A program made the position numbers and the translations under genes. A DNA stretch of 63,415 nt. Origin: Candidatus Woesearchaeota archaeon. Its GTDB lineage: Archaea > Nanobdellota > Nanobdellia > Woesearchaeales > UBA583. Below the pieces are notes generated by a model. That model was not told where the DNA came from. It did not search any database and saw only the letters and a list, made by a program, of their open reading frames with translations. The first letter of the stretch is position 1. Every line of letters starts with the position of its first letter. Location: positions 1 to 63,415 of the forward strand of contig JAQICV010000041.1 of the NCBI GenBank assembly GCA_027858315.1. The letters are read 5' to 3'. Of this stretch, positions 36,969 to 46,721 are shown in pieces.

Positions 36969-37967
36969 ATGGCAGCTCCAAGCACAAGAAAAAGAGGTAG
37001 TAAGCAGTTCTGGCCAAGAGTCAGAGCAAATAAGCCTACTGCCGTTGTAAACAGTTGGGATTCTAAAATTTTACCTAAAGAGAGCAATTTCTTAGGTTTT
37101 CCCGGCTATAAGGTAGGTATGACAAATATCGGTATTATAGACAATTTTTCTCACACTTTAACTAAAGGAACAGAGATTAATACTGCGGTGACAGTATTAG
37201 AATGTCCTCCAATTAAAGTTTTATCAGTTAGATTGAGTGGACTTGACGAGTATGGAAACATGCAAGTTTTAAAAGAAGTTCAAGCTCAAGTTAAGGATAA
37301 ATATTTAAACAGAAAAATTGATGTTCAGAAGAAATCTTCTGTAATTCCAAGTGTTGATGAATTAATTAAATTTGCACAAGAGTATGAAGTGTATGATGTT
37401 AAAGCGAAAGTTATGACAACTCCTTCTGCTACAACTATTGGAAAAAAGAAACCAGAGATATTAGAACTTGGTGTTTCAGGTTCTATTGAAGAGAAAATCA
37501 CTTTTGTGATGTCTAAATTAGGACAAGAAATAAAAGTTGGTGATGTGTATACTGGTGGAGAACTAGTAGATTCACATGGAATTACAATAGGTTACGGTCA
37601 TCAAGGTGCTGTGAAAAGATTCGGTGTAAAACTGACTTCGCATAAATCCGAAAAAAAGAGAAGGCACGCAGGAAATGTTGGTGCATGGACTCCTTCAAGA
37701 GTTTTGACAACAATTCCTATGCCTGGTCAACATGGTTACCATGAGAGAACAGAATGGAATAAATGGATAATTAAAGTTTCTTCAGACTCAAGCGTGATTA
37801 ATCCTGATTCAGGTTTTACTGGATATGGTTTAGTTAAGAGCGATTACTTACTAATTAAAGGAAGTATTCAAGGACCTAGAAGAAGATTAATAACATTTGT
37901 TAGAGCTACAAGGCCAAATGCGAGATATCCAAAGATTGCTCCGCAAATCACATATATTAGCAGGTAA
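36969..37967 (+). CDS. rpl3: 50S ribosomal protein L3 (uL3)
   Basis: 332 aa; 'FPGYKVGMT' and 'GYGHQGAVKRFGV'. First gene of the conserved operon. Confidence 0.9.
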   Translation: MAAPSTRKRGSKQFWPRVRANKPTAVVNSWDSKILPKESNFLGFPGYKVGMTNIGIIDNFSHTLTKGTEINTAVTVLECPPIKVLSVRLSGLDEYGNMQVLKEVQAQVKDKYLNRKIDVQKKSSVIPSVDELIKFAQEYEVYDVKAKVMTTPSATTIGKKKPEILELGVSGSIEEKITFVMSKLGQEIKVGDVYTGGELVDSHGITIGYGHQGAVKRFGVKLTSHKSEKKRRHAGNVGAWTPSRVLTTIPMPGQHGYHERTEWNKWIIKVSSDSSVINPDSGFTGYGLVKSDYLLIKGSIQGPRRRLITFVRATRPNARYPKIAPQITYISR

Positions 37968-38770
37968 TGAAAATGAAAGTAAGCGTATTTGATAAAATAG
38001 GAAAAGAAGTTGAAACATTTGAGTTTAAATTATCTGAAGATATAAGAGAAGATATTTTTAAAAAGGCAATTATTGCTGAGAACTCATTGTTTAGACAATC
38101 TTACGGTGCAACACCTCTTGCAGGTAAAAAAGCATCAATTAATGTATCTAAGAGAAGACAAACATTTAGATCAACATATGGGAAAAGTATCTCAAGAACA
38201 CCTAGAAAAACTATGTGGAGAAGAGGTATGCAATTAAGATTTGTAGGTGCATTTGCTGCTAACACAGTTGGTGGTAGAAGAGCGCATCCTCCAAAGGGTA
38301 ATAAAAGTTTCTTAAAAGATATTAACAATAAAGAGTGGTTAAAAGCACTTAAAATTGGAATGACTGCATCAATGAACAATAAACTTGTTGCAGAAAATGG
38401 TCAAAAAGTACCTAGTACTTATCCGTTCATATTAGATAATAGTTTAGAAAATGTAACAAAAACTAGTGAATTTAGAGAAATCTTAGTTAAATTAGGTTTT
38501 GATGATGAATTAGAAAGAACAGCTATTAGAAAAGTTAGAGCAGGAAAAGGTACAATGAGAAATCGAACTTACAAAGTTAAAAGAGGGCCATTAGTAGTAG
38601 TTTCATCAACTGAAGTACCATTAATGAAAGCTGCAAGAAACTTTAGAGGTTTTGAAGTAATTACTCCTGATTTATTAATGGTGAGTGATTTTGGTATGAG
38701 TTACAAACCTGGTCGGGCAGTAATTTTTACTAAATTAGCATTAGAAGGATTCAAGGAGGTTTTAGAATAA
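37967..38770 (+). CDS. rpl4: 50S ribosomal protein L4 (uL4)
   Basis: TAATG overlap with rpl3; 'RRGMQLRFVGAFAANTVGGRRAHPPK' and 'RAGKGTMRNR'. Confidence 0.9.
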   Translation: MKMKVSVFDKIGKEVETFEFKLSEDIREDIFKKAIIAENSLFRQSYGATPLAGKKASINVSKRRQTFRSTYGKSISRTPRKTMWRRGMQLRFVGAFAANTVGGRRAHPPKGNKSFLKDINNKEWLKALKIGMTASMNNKLVAENGQKVPSTYPFILDNSLENVTKTSEFREILVKLGFDDELERTAIRKVRAGKGTMRNRTYKVKRGPLVVVSSTEVPLMKAARNFRGFEVITPDLLMVSDFGMSYKPGRAVIFTKLALEGFKEVLE

Positions 38771-38771
38771 A

Positions 38772-39071
38772 ATGGCAAATGTTGAAGATACATTCAAGAC
38801 AGAGCTTAGTAAACAGTTTTACGATATTGTGAAAAAAGTAATTGTTTCAGAGAAATCAACAAGACTCTCAGAATTTGAAAACAAATTAGTTTTTGAAGTA
38901 GACAGAGCTGCAACTAAACCTATGATTAAATTATTAATCGAGAATGAGTTTGGAAAAACAGTAAAATCAGTAAATACTGTTAATGCAATTAGCGGTAAAA
39001 AACAAGCAGTTGTAACTTTCAAAGATGAAGGTGTTGCATCTGATTTGTCATCTGAATTGGGGTTAATCTAA
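38772..39071 (+). CDS. rpl23: 50S ribosomal protein L23 (uL23)
   Basis: 99 aa; operon position and a 'SEKSTRLSEFENKLVFEVDRAATK' uL23-like fold motif. Confidence 0.85.
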   Translation: MANVEDTFKTELSKQFYDIVKKVIVSEKSTRLSEFENKLVFEVDRAATKPMIKLLIENEFGKTVKSVNTVNAISGKKQAVVTFKDEGVASDLSSELGLI

Positions 39072-39072
39072 G

Positions 39073-39804
39073 ATGGGAAAGAGAATTATACAACAAAGAA
39101 GAGGAAGAGGAACTGCAACTTATAGGGCTAACAGTTTCAGATTTGCAGGTAAATTATCTTATAATGCTTACAGCAAAGATGGACAAATCAATGGTACAAT
39201 TATCGACATTGTCCACTCTAGAGGACACAGTGCACCACTTCTAAAAGTAAAATATGAAAATGATAAAGAAGCTTTAATTCCTGCATACGAAGGAGCTTTT
39301 GTTGGTCAAACAATGATTATTGATCAAAGAGAAAAAGTAACTAAAGATGAAATTAAAGTTGGTAATGCTTATATGATTAAAAATATTCCTGAAGGAACAA
39401 GTATTTATAATATTGAATTAAAACCTGGTGATTCAGGTAAACTTGTAAAAGCAGGTGGAAGTTTTGCAACTGTAATATCTCACCTTAAAGGCTTAACAAA
39501 AATTGTACTCCCTTCTAAAAAAGAGAAGTTAGTACACAGTAATTGTAGAGCTTTTGTAGGAGAAATAGGTGGTTCAGGAAGACATGAAAAACCATTCATG
39601 AAAGCTGGAACTAAAGCTATGGATAAAGCAAAGAAAAATAAGTTATACCCTATGGTATCCGGAGTTGCAATGAGTGCATATGATCACCCTCACGGTGGTA
39701 CAAGGTCCTTGAGAAAAGGTAGACCAACAATTGCTCCAAAGAACGCACCACCAGGTAGAAAGGTTGGAATGCTGAGACCTAGACATACAGGAAGGAATAA
39801 ATAA
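39073..39804 (+). CDS. rpl2: 50S ribosomal protein L2 (uL2)
   Basis: 'MGKRIIQQRRGRG' and 'AYDHPHGGTRS'. Confidence 0.95.
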   Translation: MGKRIIQQRRGRGTATYRANSFRFAGKLSYNAYSKDGQINGTIIDIVHSRGHSAPLLKVKYENDKEALIPAYEGAFVGQTMIIDQREKVTKDEIKVGNAYMIKNIPEGTSIYNIELKPGDSGKLVKAGGSFATVISHLKGLTKIVLPSKKEKLVHSNCRAFVGEIGGSGRHEKPFMKAGTKAMDKAKKNKLYPMVSGVAMSAYDHPHGGTRSLRKGRPTIAPKNAPPGRKVGMLRPRHTGRNK

Positions 39805-39806
39805 AG

Positions 39807-40178
39807 ATGGCAGAAGATAAACAATTTACATATAGAGGAAAGACATTAGATGAGTTAAAAGCTATGTCTACAGAACAATTCTCTGAGCTTTTGCCTTCCG
39901 AATTAAGAAGAAAAGTAAAGAGGGGTTTTGGTGAACAAGAACTAAAACTTATCGAAAAGGTTAAATTAGGAGAGAAAAAAATCAAAACACATTGTAGAGA
40001 TTATTTTGTTACACCTGATATGGTCGGTCTAAAGTTATTAATTTACAACGGAAAAGAATTTACAGAAGTAACTATTGTTGTAGAGATGATTGCTTTAAGA
40101 TTAGGAGAACTAGCACCAACTAGGAAAATTGCAACACATACAACTATGGGTGCAAAGAAAACTGTTACGAGGAAGTAA
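39807..40178 (+). CDS. rps19: 30S ribosomal protein S19 (uS19)
   Basis: 123 aa; 'IYNGKEFTEV' and operon position. Confidence 0.9.
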   Translation: MAEDKQFTYRGKTLDELKAMSTEQFSELLPSELRRKVKRGFGEQELKLIEKVKLGEKKIKTHCRDYFVTPDMVGLKLLIYNGKEFTEVTIVVEMIALRLGELAPTRKIATHTTMGAKKTVTRK

Positions 40179-40180
40179 GG

Positions 40181-40660
40181 ATGGCATATAAATATTCATT
40201 TCAAAACTTTAACAAGGAAACTATGGCAAGAGCACATTCAACAAATGTTTCAATTTCATTGAAAAATTCCGTTGAAACAACTAATGCTATAAGAAATAAA
40301 AAACTTGGAGTAGCAATTTCATATTTGGAAAGAGTTGCAAAAAAAGAATCAGTAGTTCCATATAAAAGATATAATACTGATATGCCTCATCGTAAAGGTG
40401 CAGGTATTGCTGCAGGTGGTTATCCTGTAAATGTTGCTAATGAGTTAGTTAGGTTATTAAAAGCTGCTCAAAAGAATGCTTCCGAGCAAGAAATTGCAGG
40501 AGAAATATATGTTCTTGCAACATCAGTTAGAAAAGGAGCTCAAAGATATCACATGGGTAGATACAGTGGTAGAAAAATGAAATCAACACATGTAGAAGTA
40601 ATTGTTGGTTTAAGAGAAAAAAAAGTAGCATCAAAAGCTAAAGAGGTAAAGAAAGAATGA
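40181..40660 (+). CDS. rpl22: 50S ribosomal protein L22 (uL22)
   Basis: 159 aa; 'PYKRYNTDMPHRKG.GIAAGGYP' archaeal uL22 motif. Confidence 0.9.
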   Translation: MAYKYSFQNFNKETMARAHSTNVSISLKNSVETTNAIRNKKLGVAISYLERVAKKESVVPYKRYNTDMPHRKGAGIAAGGYPVNVANELVRLLKAAQKNASEQEIAGEIYVLATSVRKGAQRYHMGRYSGRKMKSTHVEVIVGLREKKVASKAKEVKKE

Positions 40661-41412
40661 TTGAGAGAAAAATTGTTAAAAGTAACTTTTTAGAGTTTTC
40701 AGTTTCAGACTTCATTAGAAAAAATATATCTGATGTTCCTATTAAGGATATCTTAGTTGAGAAAAGTCCACTTGGAGAGAGAATTACAATTTATACTTCA
40801 ACTCCTGGTTTAGTTATTGGTAGAGAAGGTTCAAACATTAAAAAATTGACTAAAACTCTAAAAGAGAAATTCAAGTTTGAAAACCCTCAAATTAAAATTG
40901 GGGAAGTAACTGAGATGTTTCTATCTGCGAGTATTGTTTCAAAAAGAATTGCTAATGATTTAGCAAATTTTGGACCTCGAAAATTCAAATTGACTGCATT
41001 TAGAGCACTTGGAAATATTATGAATTCTGGTGCAATGGGAGTTGAAATTAAAATTTCAGGTAAAGTTCCTTCATCAAGATCAAAAACATGGAGATTCTTT
41101 AAAGGTTATTTGAAAAAAACTGGTTATGTAAGTGATTTTTTAGTAGATCATGCAGTTGAAAGTGTAACTCTAAAAAGTGGAGTTGTAGGTATTAAAGTAA
41201 GCATAATGCTGCCTAACACGCCTCTGCCAGATAAGATTGAATACTTAGCTGCTGTAATTCCTGAAGAAGTAATTGCAAAAATTGAAGAAGAAAAAGTTGA
41301 ATCCTCTCAAGGTGATGTTGAACAAACAAAACCAAAAGAGTTAAAAAAAACAAAAGATACTAAAGAAGTAGAAGTGGTTAAAGAATCTAAAGAGGAGACT
41401 AAGAAAGAATGA
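40657..41412 (+). CDS. rps3: 30S ribosomal protein S3 (uS3)
   Basis: KH domain 'GLVIGREGSNIKKL' and a Lys/Glu-rich C-terminal tail; 4-nt overlap with rpl22. Confidence 0.9.
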   Translation: MIERKIVKSNFLEFSVSDFIRKNISDVPIKDILVEKSPLGERITIYTSTPGLVIGREGSNIKKLTKTLKEKFKFENPQIKIGEVTEMFLSASIVSKRIANDLANFGPRKFKLTAFRALGNIMNSGAMGVEIKISGKVPSSRSKTWRFFKGYLKKTGYVSDFLVDHAVESVTLKSGVVGIKVSIMLPNTPLPDKIEYLAAVIPEEVIAKIEEEKVESSQGDVEQTKPKELKKTKDTKEVEVVKESKEETKKE

Positions 41413-41597
41413 AAAAATTAGACTTACTTAAAAAGAAACCTGAAGAATTAGAATCTACTTTAATCTCTTTAAAAAAAGAGTTATTTAATCTAAACTCTGC
41501 ATCTCTTGCTGGTGAAGATAGTCTTAAAAAAAAGGCTAAAATCAAAGTAGTGAAAAGAGACATTGCAAGAATTAAGACTAAATTAAATAATAGCTAA
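41409..41597 (+). CDS. rpl29: 50S ribosomal protein L29 (uL29)
   Basis: 62 aa, helical hairpin; operon position. Confidence 0.85.
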   Translation: MKKLDLLKKKPEELESTLISLKKELFNLNSASLAGEDSLKKKAKIKVVKRDIARIKTKLNNS

Positions 41598-41927
41598 ATG
41601 TTAGAAGATACTTGTTCAGTTTGCGGATTACCACAAGAATTATGTGTTTGTGGTGACATTGAGAAGACGGGCTCAGTTATTGAAGTAAAATCTGAGAGAA
41701 GAAAATATGGAAAAATTTGGGTAGTGGTTACTGGTATTCAAGCCGACACTACTGAATTAAAAGACATATTAAAAAAAATTAAAAATAAACTTGCTTGCGC
41801 AGGTACTATCAAAGGAAGATCTATTGAGATTCTTTATGGTAGGAAAGAAAGAACTAAAGAATTAATTGAAATCTTATCTGAATTAGGCTTTAATAAAGAC
41901 TCAATTCATGTAACTGAGATGAAATAA
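41598..41927 (+). CDS. translation initiation factor aSUI1 (eIF1 homolog)
   Basis: 109 aa; N-terminal Cys cluster 'CSVCGLPQELCVC' and SUI1 fold motif 'LKKIKNKLACAGTIKGRSIEI'. Confidence 0.85.
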   Translation: MLEDTCSVCGLPQELCVCGDIEKTGSVIEVKSERRKYGKIWVVVTGIQADTTELKDILKKIKNKLACAGTIKGRSIEILYGRKERTKELIEILSELGFNKDSIHVTEMK

Positions 41928-42042
41928 AATTCTACTTTTTTATTTTAAAGCTAAATATTTATTCTGAAATTTTATTATGTTCTTCATTTAAAAATTATTT
42001 AAGAGTTAGATTTATATATTTGATGCAATTTATAACTATATA

Positions 42043-42531
42043 ATGACAAAAAGAGATGAAAAAATAGCTTTTTATAATGAAGAGCTATCTAAATACACTA
42101 AAAAAGCAGATGAAGAACTACTAGAAGCAATTGTTGTATATCTAGGCCCAAGTATTTACAAGAATGACGCAGAATTGGTCTCAACTAATGATGTAAAAGA
42201 AGTTCAAACAGTGAAAGATAGTTTTCTTAAAAAAAAACTAAGTCTAGATGGTATGAATGAAGAGGTTTTGGACAAAGCAATATTAGAAGTTAAAGATATT
42301 CTGGGAAGTTCCAATAAGAGAAAATATAGGGCAATATTCTATTATTTTCTTGTGAAAAAGTTCGAACTTGAATCAGTTTTTATAACAAAAATAGATGAAG
42401 TTGAAATAAAATTAGAAGAATTAACACAAATAAGAACTAAATATTCAAGAGACAATATATTACCTTTGTTATATTTAGCATTATTTATTGATTTTTTAGT
42501 TATTGTAATCCTAGCATATATTTTATTCTAA
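42043..42531 (+). CDS. DUF2853 domain protein with a C-terminal TM extension
   Basis: 'YLGPSIYKNDAELVS' and 'YRAIFYYFLVKKF'. Paralog of 56948..57301, but with an extra C-terminal hydrophobic helix. Confidence 0.6.
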   Translation: MTKRDEKIAFYNEELSKYTKKADEELLEAIVVYLGPSIYKNDAELVSTNDVKEVQTVKDSFLKKKLSLDGMNEEVLDKAILEVKDILGSSNKRKYRAIFYYFLVKKFELESVFITKIDEVEIKLEELTQIRTKYSRDNILPLLYLALFIDFLVIVILAYILF

Positions 42532-42616
42532 AAATAAATTTAGATATTATATTTTTTTAGTCAAATTCTAAGTAGTAACTATTCTTTTTAAATTTAAATA
42601 TTCTAAAATATTCTAT

Positions 42617-43723
42617 ATGGATAAAAAAATAATGATTTTAGCTGCCTTTTTTATCTTATTCTTAGGTTTTACTTTTGCAGATACAGACGGTGTTTGGCAT
42701 TATGCTAAAGATATAAGGGGAGGAATATTTGGTGCTGATGAGCAAGATACAACTCAAGATTTCACATTTATTAATGATGTAAATTTAAATTCAACAACAT
42801 ATTATTATGGGGTTGAATTGAATGCTTCTTTTGTGAATACAAATGAAGATAATTCAATAACCTCTAATATGATAGTTGATGGTTCAATTACATCTGCAGA
42901 CATTGCTCCAGGAACTATAAATTTAGATGATATTGATACAAGTGAAATTCAAACAAAAATTGTTGGAACTTGTGACTCTGGTGAGTTTATGGTTGGAGTA
43001 GATAGTCTAGGTCATCCAATTTGTGAAGAAGGAGGAAGTGCAAGTGCTCCCTCTCCAGAGTATGAATTAGGAGAATATTTAATTGGTGCACAACACACTA
43101 TAGGTTTATGTTTAGCAGAAGGCGGAGAAGTCTTTGATACAGGGGGAGAGAATTATATTTGTAAATTCAGTGCATTAACACTTCCTAAATCTGCTTATGA
43201 ATGTTATGATTCCCAGTATGTGACTGCAAGTTATACAAAAATTTATTCTACTGCTATAAATATAGCTAATGTAGTTGAAGAAGGTGTAAAATCTGTTAAG
43301 ATTAGTGCAGGTTGTATTTTATTAAAAGAGGGAGAGAGTAGATTTAATGCAGATGGAACTTTAAATGGACATGTTACAATTTATGATTATACTTGGACTA
43401 CTGATCCTAGATATCCTTATGTTAGTTATAATGTTGGTTATATTGATGCACATTGTCCATCAGGTTGGAGTCAACATGAAAATTATATGGAACAAATTTC
43501 ATTTACAAAGAAAGCTCTTGCTATTCAATGTGATTCTTTATCAGATAGGATGGGTAGTTGTTCAGTAACAGGTCATAGTTTTAGTAATCAAGTTTCTACT
43601 TGTAGTTTGAATTTTGGAGCAGCAGAATTTTGGTTTTTGTATAAGTGTGTGAATGGCGTTACTAATGGCGGTAGTTATACAATAAATAGTTATGTACCAA
43701 AAACTGTAGTGGGGTGTAAATAA
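42617..43723 (+). CDS. secreted Cys-rich protein
   Basis: Signal peptide 'ILAAFFILFLGFTFA'. Has an 'I.DGSITSADIAPGTINLDDID..EIQ..I.G.C..G' motif. About 17 Cys by eye. Confidence 0.55.
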   Translation: MDKKIMILAAFFILFLGFTFADTDGVWHYAKDIRGGIFGADEQDTTQDFTFINDVNLNSTTYYYGVELNASFVNTNEDNSITSNMIVDGSITSADIAPGTINLDDIDTSEIQTKIVGTCDSGEFMVGVDSLGHPICEEGGSASAPSPEYELGEYLIGAQHTIGLCLAEGGEVFDTGGENYICKFSALTLPKSAYECYDSQYVTASYTKIYSTAINIANVVEEGVKSVKISAGCILLKEGESRFNADGTLNGHVTIYDYTWTTDPRYPYVSYNVGYIDAHCPSGWSQHENYMEQISFTKKALAIQCDSLSDRMGSCSVTGHSFSNQVSTCSLNFGAAEFWFLYKCVNGVTNGGSYTINSYVPKTVVGCK

Positions 43724-43724
43724 A

Positions 43725-44171
43725 ATGAAACTGAATAATATTAAATTTATTTTTTTATTAACTTTATTACTTTTTGGTAATATTTCAGTTTTTGCTTTAG
43801 ATAATGAAGAGGAAGTGACAAATGATGATATTATTCAATTAGTTAAAAATTATGGAATTGATATGACCTATGAAGAAATTGTTGAAAATGTTCAAAGTTA
43901 TTATAAGGTACAAGATTTATCTAATGTTGAAATAAAATGGATGATTCAAAATATATTTTTAACAAATAATGAATTTGGAGTTGAAAATAATAATTTATTA
44001 AATGTTCAATCACAGTTGTCAATTCAATCTCAATCTGTTCCTCAAACAGTTGAAAAAACTATTTATGTTGAGAAAGATTCATATACTTTGGAATTATTGA
44101 TTTTCATAACATTAGCTTTAACAGTAATTAACTCTATTGCTTTAGTATATGTTCTAAAAAATAAAAAATAA
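43725..44171 (+). CDS. secreted, C-terminally anchored small protein
   Basis: Signal peptide and a C-terminal TM 'LLIFITLALTVINSIALVYVL'. Starts 1 nt after the upstream stop. Confidence 0.5.
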   Translation: MKLNNIKFIFLLTLLLFGNISVFALDNEEEVTNDDIIQLVKNYGIDMTYEEIVENVQSYYKVQDLSNVEIKWMIQNIFLTNNEFGVENNNLLNVQSQLSIQSQSVPQTVEKTIYVEKDSYTLELLIFITLALTVINSIALVYVLKNKK

Positions 44172-44280
44172 TTTTTTAAACAATAATATTTGTCTAAAAT
44201 CAAAAATTTTGGAGCAAACTTAATTCTTCATGAATAAAGTTTATAAACAAATTTTCTTTTAATTTTATTAGATACTTAAA

Positions 44281-46047
44281 ATGAATATACCTAAATTAAT
44301 TAAAAAACAAATTATTGAAGAAGCATCTTCTAATCCTGAAAAATATTTTCCAGTAAAAACTCTTGAGGAATTTGGATTAAAAAGACAAAAATGTTCAACT
44401 TGTTCTTGTATGTTTTGGTCTTCTGTTAAAAGAGAAGTATGTGGAGATTCAAATTGTGTTGGTACATATACTTTTATTGGCGAGACTCCTGCGACAAGAA
44501 AAATGGAATTTGCAGAGACTTATCAATTATTTAGAGAATTTTTAGAAAAAAGAGGTTATATGCATGTAGAAAGATTTCCTATTGTTGCTCGGTGGAGAGA
44601 TGATTTAGATTTCAATATTGCTTCAATCATAGGTTTTCAACCATATGTTACAAAAGGTATTGTAGCACCTCCAGCAGAATTAGTTACAATTCCTCAAAAT
44701 TGTTTAAGATTTGGTGATATTGATAATGTTGGTTATACAGGAAGACATGGAACAAATTTTGTAATGATTGGACAATGCGCTTTTAAGAAACCTGAAGAAT
44801 ACGACCAAGCAAAATATATGAAAGATTTATATGATTGGTTTACAGTAGTTATGGGAATTCCAAAAGAAGAACTACAAATTCATGAAGATGCATGGGTAGG
44901 TGGAGGAGATTGTGGTCCTTCAATGGAATTCTTTTCAAGAGGACTAGAATTAGGAAATCAAGTTTACATGTGGTTTGATATGAGTAATGCAAATGACATC
45001 TCAGAGATAAAACCTTTAAAATTAAAAGTATTAGATATGGGAATGGGACTTGAAAGATGTTGTTGGTTTTCAAAAGGAAGTATTAATCAATATGAAGCAT
45101 CAATGCCAGTAGTATCCAAATACCTATTTGAGAAAACAGGTTTAAAACCAAATTGGGAAGTATATAACAAATTCTTACCATATTCAGGTATTTTAAATCT
45201 TGATGAAACTGATGATATTGATAAAGCATGGATTAATATTGCTAAAAAAATTGGCCTTAGTGTTGATGTACTAAAAGAAGAAGTAGAACCTGTTGCAGGT
45301 ATATATTCAATTGCAGATCACACAAAAACACTACTTTATGCTTTAGCAGACGGCGCTCTACCTTCAAATGTCAAAGGTGGGTACAATTTAAGGCTAGTTC
45401 TAAGAAGGGCTCTTGATTTTATCTATAAATTTAATTGGGACATAAACTTATTCGATGTAATTGTTCTACAAGCAGAAGAAGTAAAAGATTTATATCCTGA
45501 ATTTGTTAAAGAGCTTGATGGAATTAAAAAGATAATTGATTTAGAAGTTAAAAAGTACATTCATCATAAAGAAAAAGTTGAAAATAAAATTAAAACTCTA
45601 ATCAAAAAAGATAAAAATTTATCAACAGAAGAATTTATCAAATACTATATTTCAGATGGAATAACTCCAGATGAATTCAAAGAGAGCTTTGAAAAACAAG
45701 GAAAAATAATTGAAATTCCTGCAAACTTCTTCACACTAGTTGCAGAATTTTTTGAGAGTAGAAAAGCCTCAGAGCAAAAAGTAATGAAAAATAAACTAAC
45801 AGAATTTGTAGAAGGAATTCCTGAAACAAAACTTTTATTTTATGCTGATGTAAATAAAGAGGAGGAAGATGCAGAAATACTAAAAGAATTTGAATTTGAC
45901 AAATCAAAATACATCATCTTAGATAAAACTCTATTCTATCCAACAATGGGTGGTCAAGCATCGGATGTAGGATATATTGGTGAGAAAAAAGTAATTGAAG
46001 CAATTAAAGTTGGTTCAGTTGTTGTACATAAACTTTATTCTAAATGA
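44281..46047 (+). CDS. alaS: alanyl-tRNA synthetase, catalytic N-terminal part only (editing and C-Ala domains absent)
   Basis: Archaeal AlaRS N-terminus ('RFPIVARWRDDLDFNIASI..FQPYVT', 'NVGYTGRHGTNF', 'WVGGGDCGPSMEF'). Ends at 588 aa just after 'FYPTMGGQASDVGYI', before any HxxxH/CxxxH editing motifs. Confidence 0.85.
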   Translation: MNIPKLIKKQIIEEASSNPEKYFPVKTLEEFGLKRQKCSTCSCMFWSSVKREVCGDSNCVGTYTFIGETPATRKMEFAETYQLFREFLEKRGYMHVERFPIVARWRDDLDFNIASIIGFQPYVTKGIVAPPAELVTIPQNCLRFGDIDNVGYTGRHGTNFVMIGQCAFKKPEEYDQAKYMKDLYDWFTVVMGIPKEELQIHEDAWVGGGDCGPSMEFFSRGLELGNQVYMWFDMSNANDISEIKPLKLKVLDMGMGLERCCWFSKGSINQYEASMPVVSKYLFEKTGLKPNWEVYNKFLPYSGILNLDETDDIDKAWINIAKKIGLSVDVLKEEVEPVAGIYSIADHTKTLLYALADGALPSNVKGGYNLRLVLRRALDFIYKFNWDINLFDVIVLQAEEVKDLYPEFVKELDGIKKIIDLEVKKYIHHKEKVENKIKTLIKKDKNLSTEEFIKYYISDGITPDEFKESFEKQGKIIEIPANFFTLVAEFFESRKASEQKVMKNKLTEFVEGIPETKLLFYADVNKEEEDAEILKEFEFDKSKYIILDKTLFYPTMGGQASDVGYIGEKKVIEAIKVGSVVVHKLYSK

Positions 46048-46058
46048 ATAAAGTTTGC

Positions 46059-46086
46059 TCGATAATTTAAGTTATTAAATTATCGA
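46059..46086. terminator. perfect 12-bp hairpin between convergent genes
   Basis: 'tcgataatttaa' (46059-46070), loop 'gtta', 'ttaaattatcga' (46075-46086). Confidence 0.5.
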
Positions 46087-46111
46087 CAAGTAAAATAAAT
46101 TTTTTTAAATC

Positions 46112-46603
46112 TTAATATCTTTTTCTAAAAAATTCAATAAATACTTCATAGATATTTTTCTTATCACTCATAATTTCTTCTATTGTTTCTTTCTGGTGCT
46201 TAGTATAAATTGCAATTAAATGTGCAGTTAAAAGATTCAAATCTTGGTAATATAAATCAATAATTTTTTGCGAAAAAAACACTGCAATAATAAATACTGT
46301 GGTTCCAAAAACACTAATAACTCTACTAATTAAAACCCCAAGCTCAGTAAATAATAAAAAATCAGGTAGAAAATAAGAAAAAAATGAGAAGTAGATTGCA
46401 AAATAAAGGATAATATTAATTCTATAGTAAACTTTTACTTTTTTAATAAGATTTGTAGCAAGATCTTTAATATCTGTAACATTTTTTTTATCTCTAGCAC
46501 TAGAAATCTCTACATTTTGTTCTAAAAGCTCCATGTAATTTCTAATTCTATTATATTTTGTAGGTGAAGTTGTCTTAAGTTGTTCTCTTACCTTATCTAA
46601 CAT
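46112..46603 (-). CDS. hypothetical membrane protein
   Basis: 163 aa; a charged N-terminal half, then 3 TM helices. Confidence 0.45.
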   Translation of the reverse strand: MLDKVREQLKTTSPTKYNRIRNYMELLEQNVEISSARDKKNVTDIKDLATNLIKKVKVYYRINIILYFAIYFSFFSYFLPDFLLFTELGVLISRVISVFGTTVFIIAVFFSQKIIDLYYQDLNLLTAHLIAIYTKHQKETIEEIMSDKKNIYEVFIEFFRKRY

Positions 46604-46721
46604 AAATATTTTATGGTCTTATTGTTTATAAACTTTATTAACTAAAAATATCTGTAATTTTTATTTTCTCTAGAATGCAAATGTTTATATTATTTGAAGT
46701 TTAGAATTATTAAGAATTAAA

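Noticed and set aside
42617-43723. Diversity-generating retroelement target (Cys-rich secreted protein with a variable-looking C-terminus).
   Set aside because: No reverse transcriptase ORF (YxDD) and no template/variable repeat pair could be found anywhere in the window.
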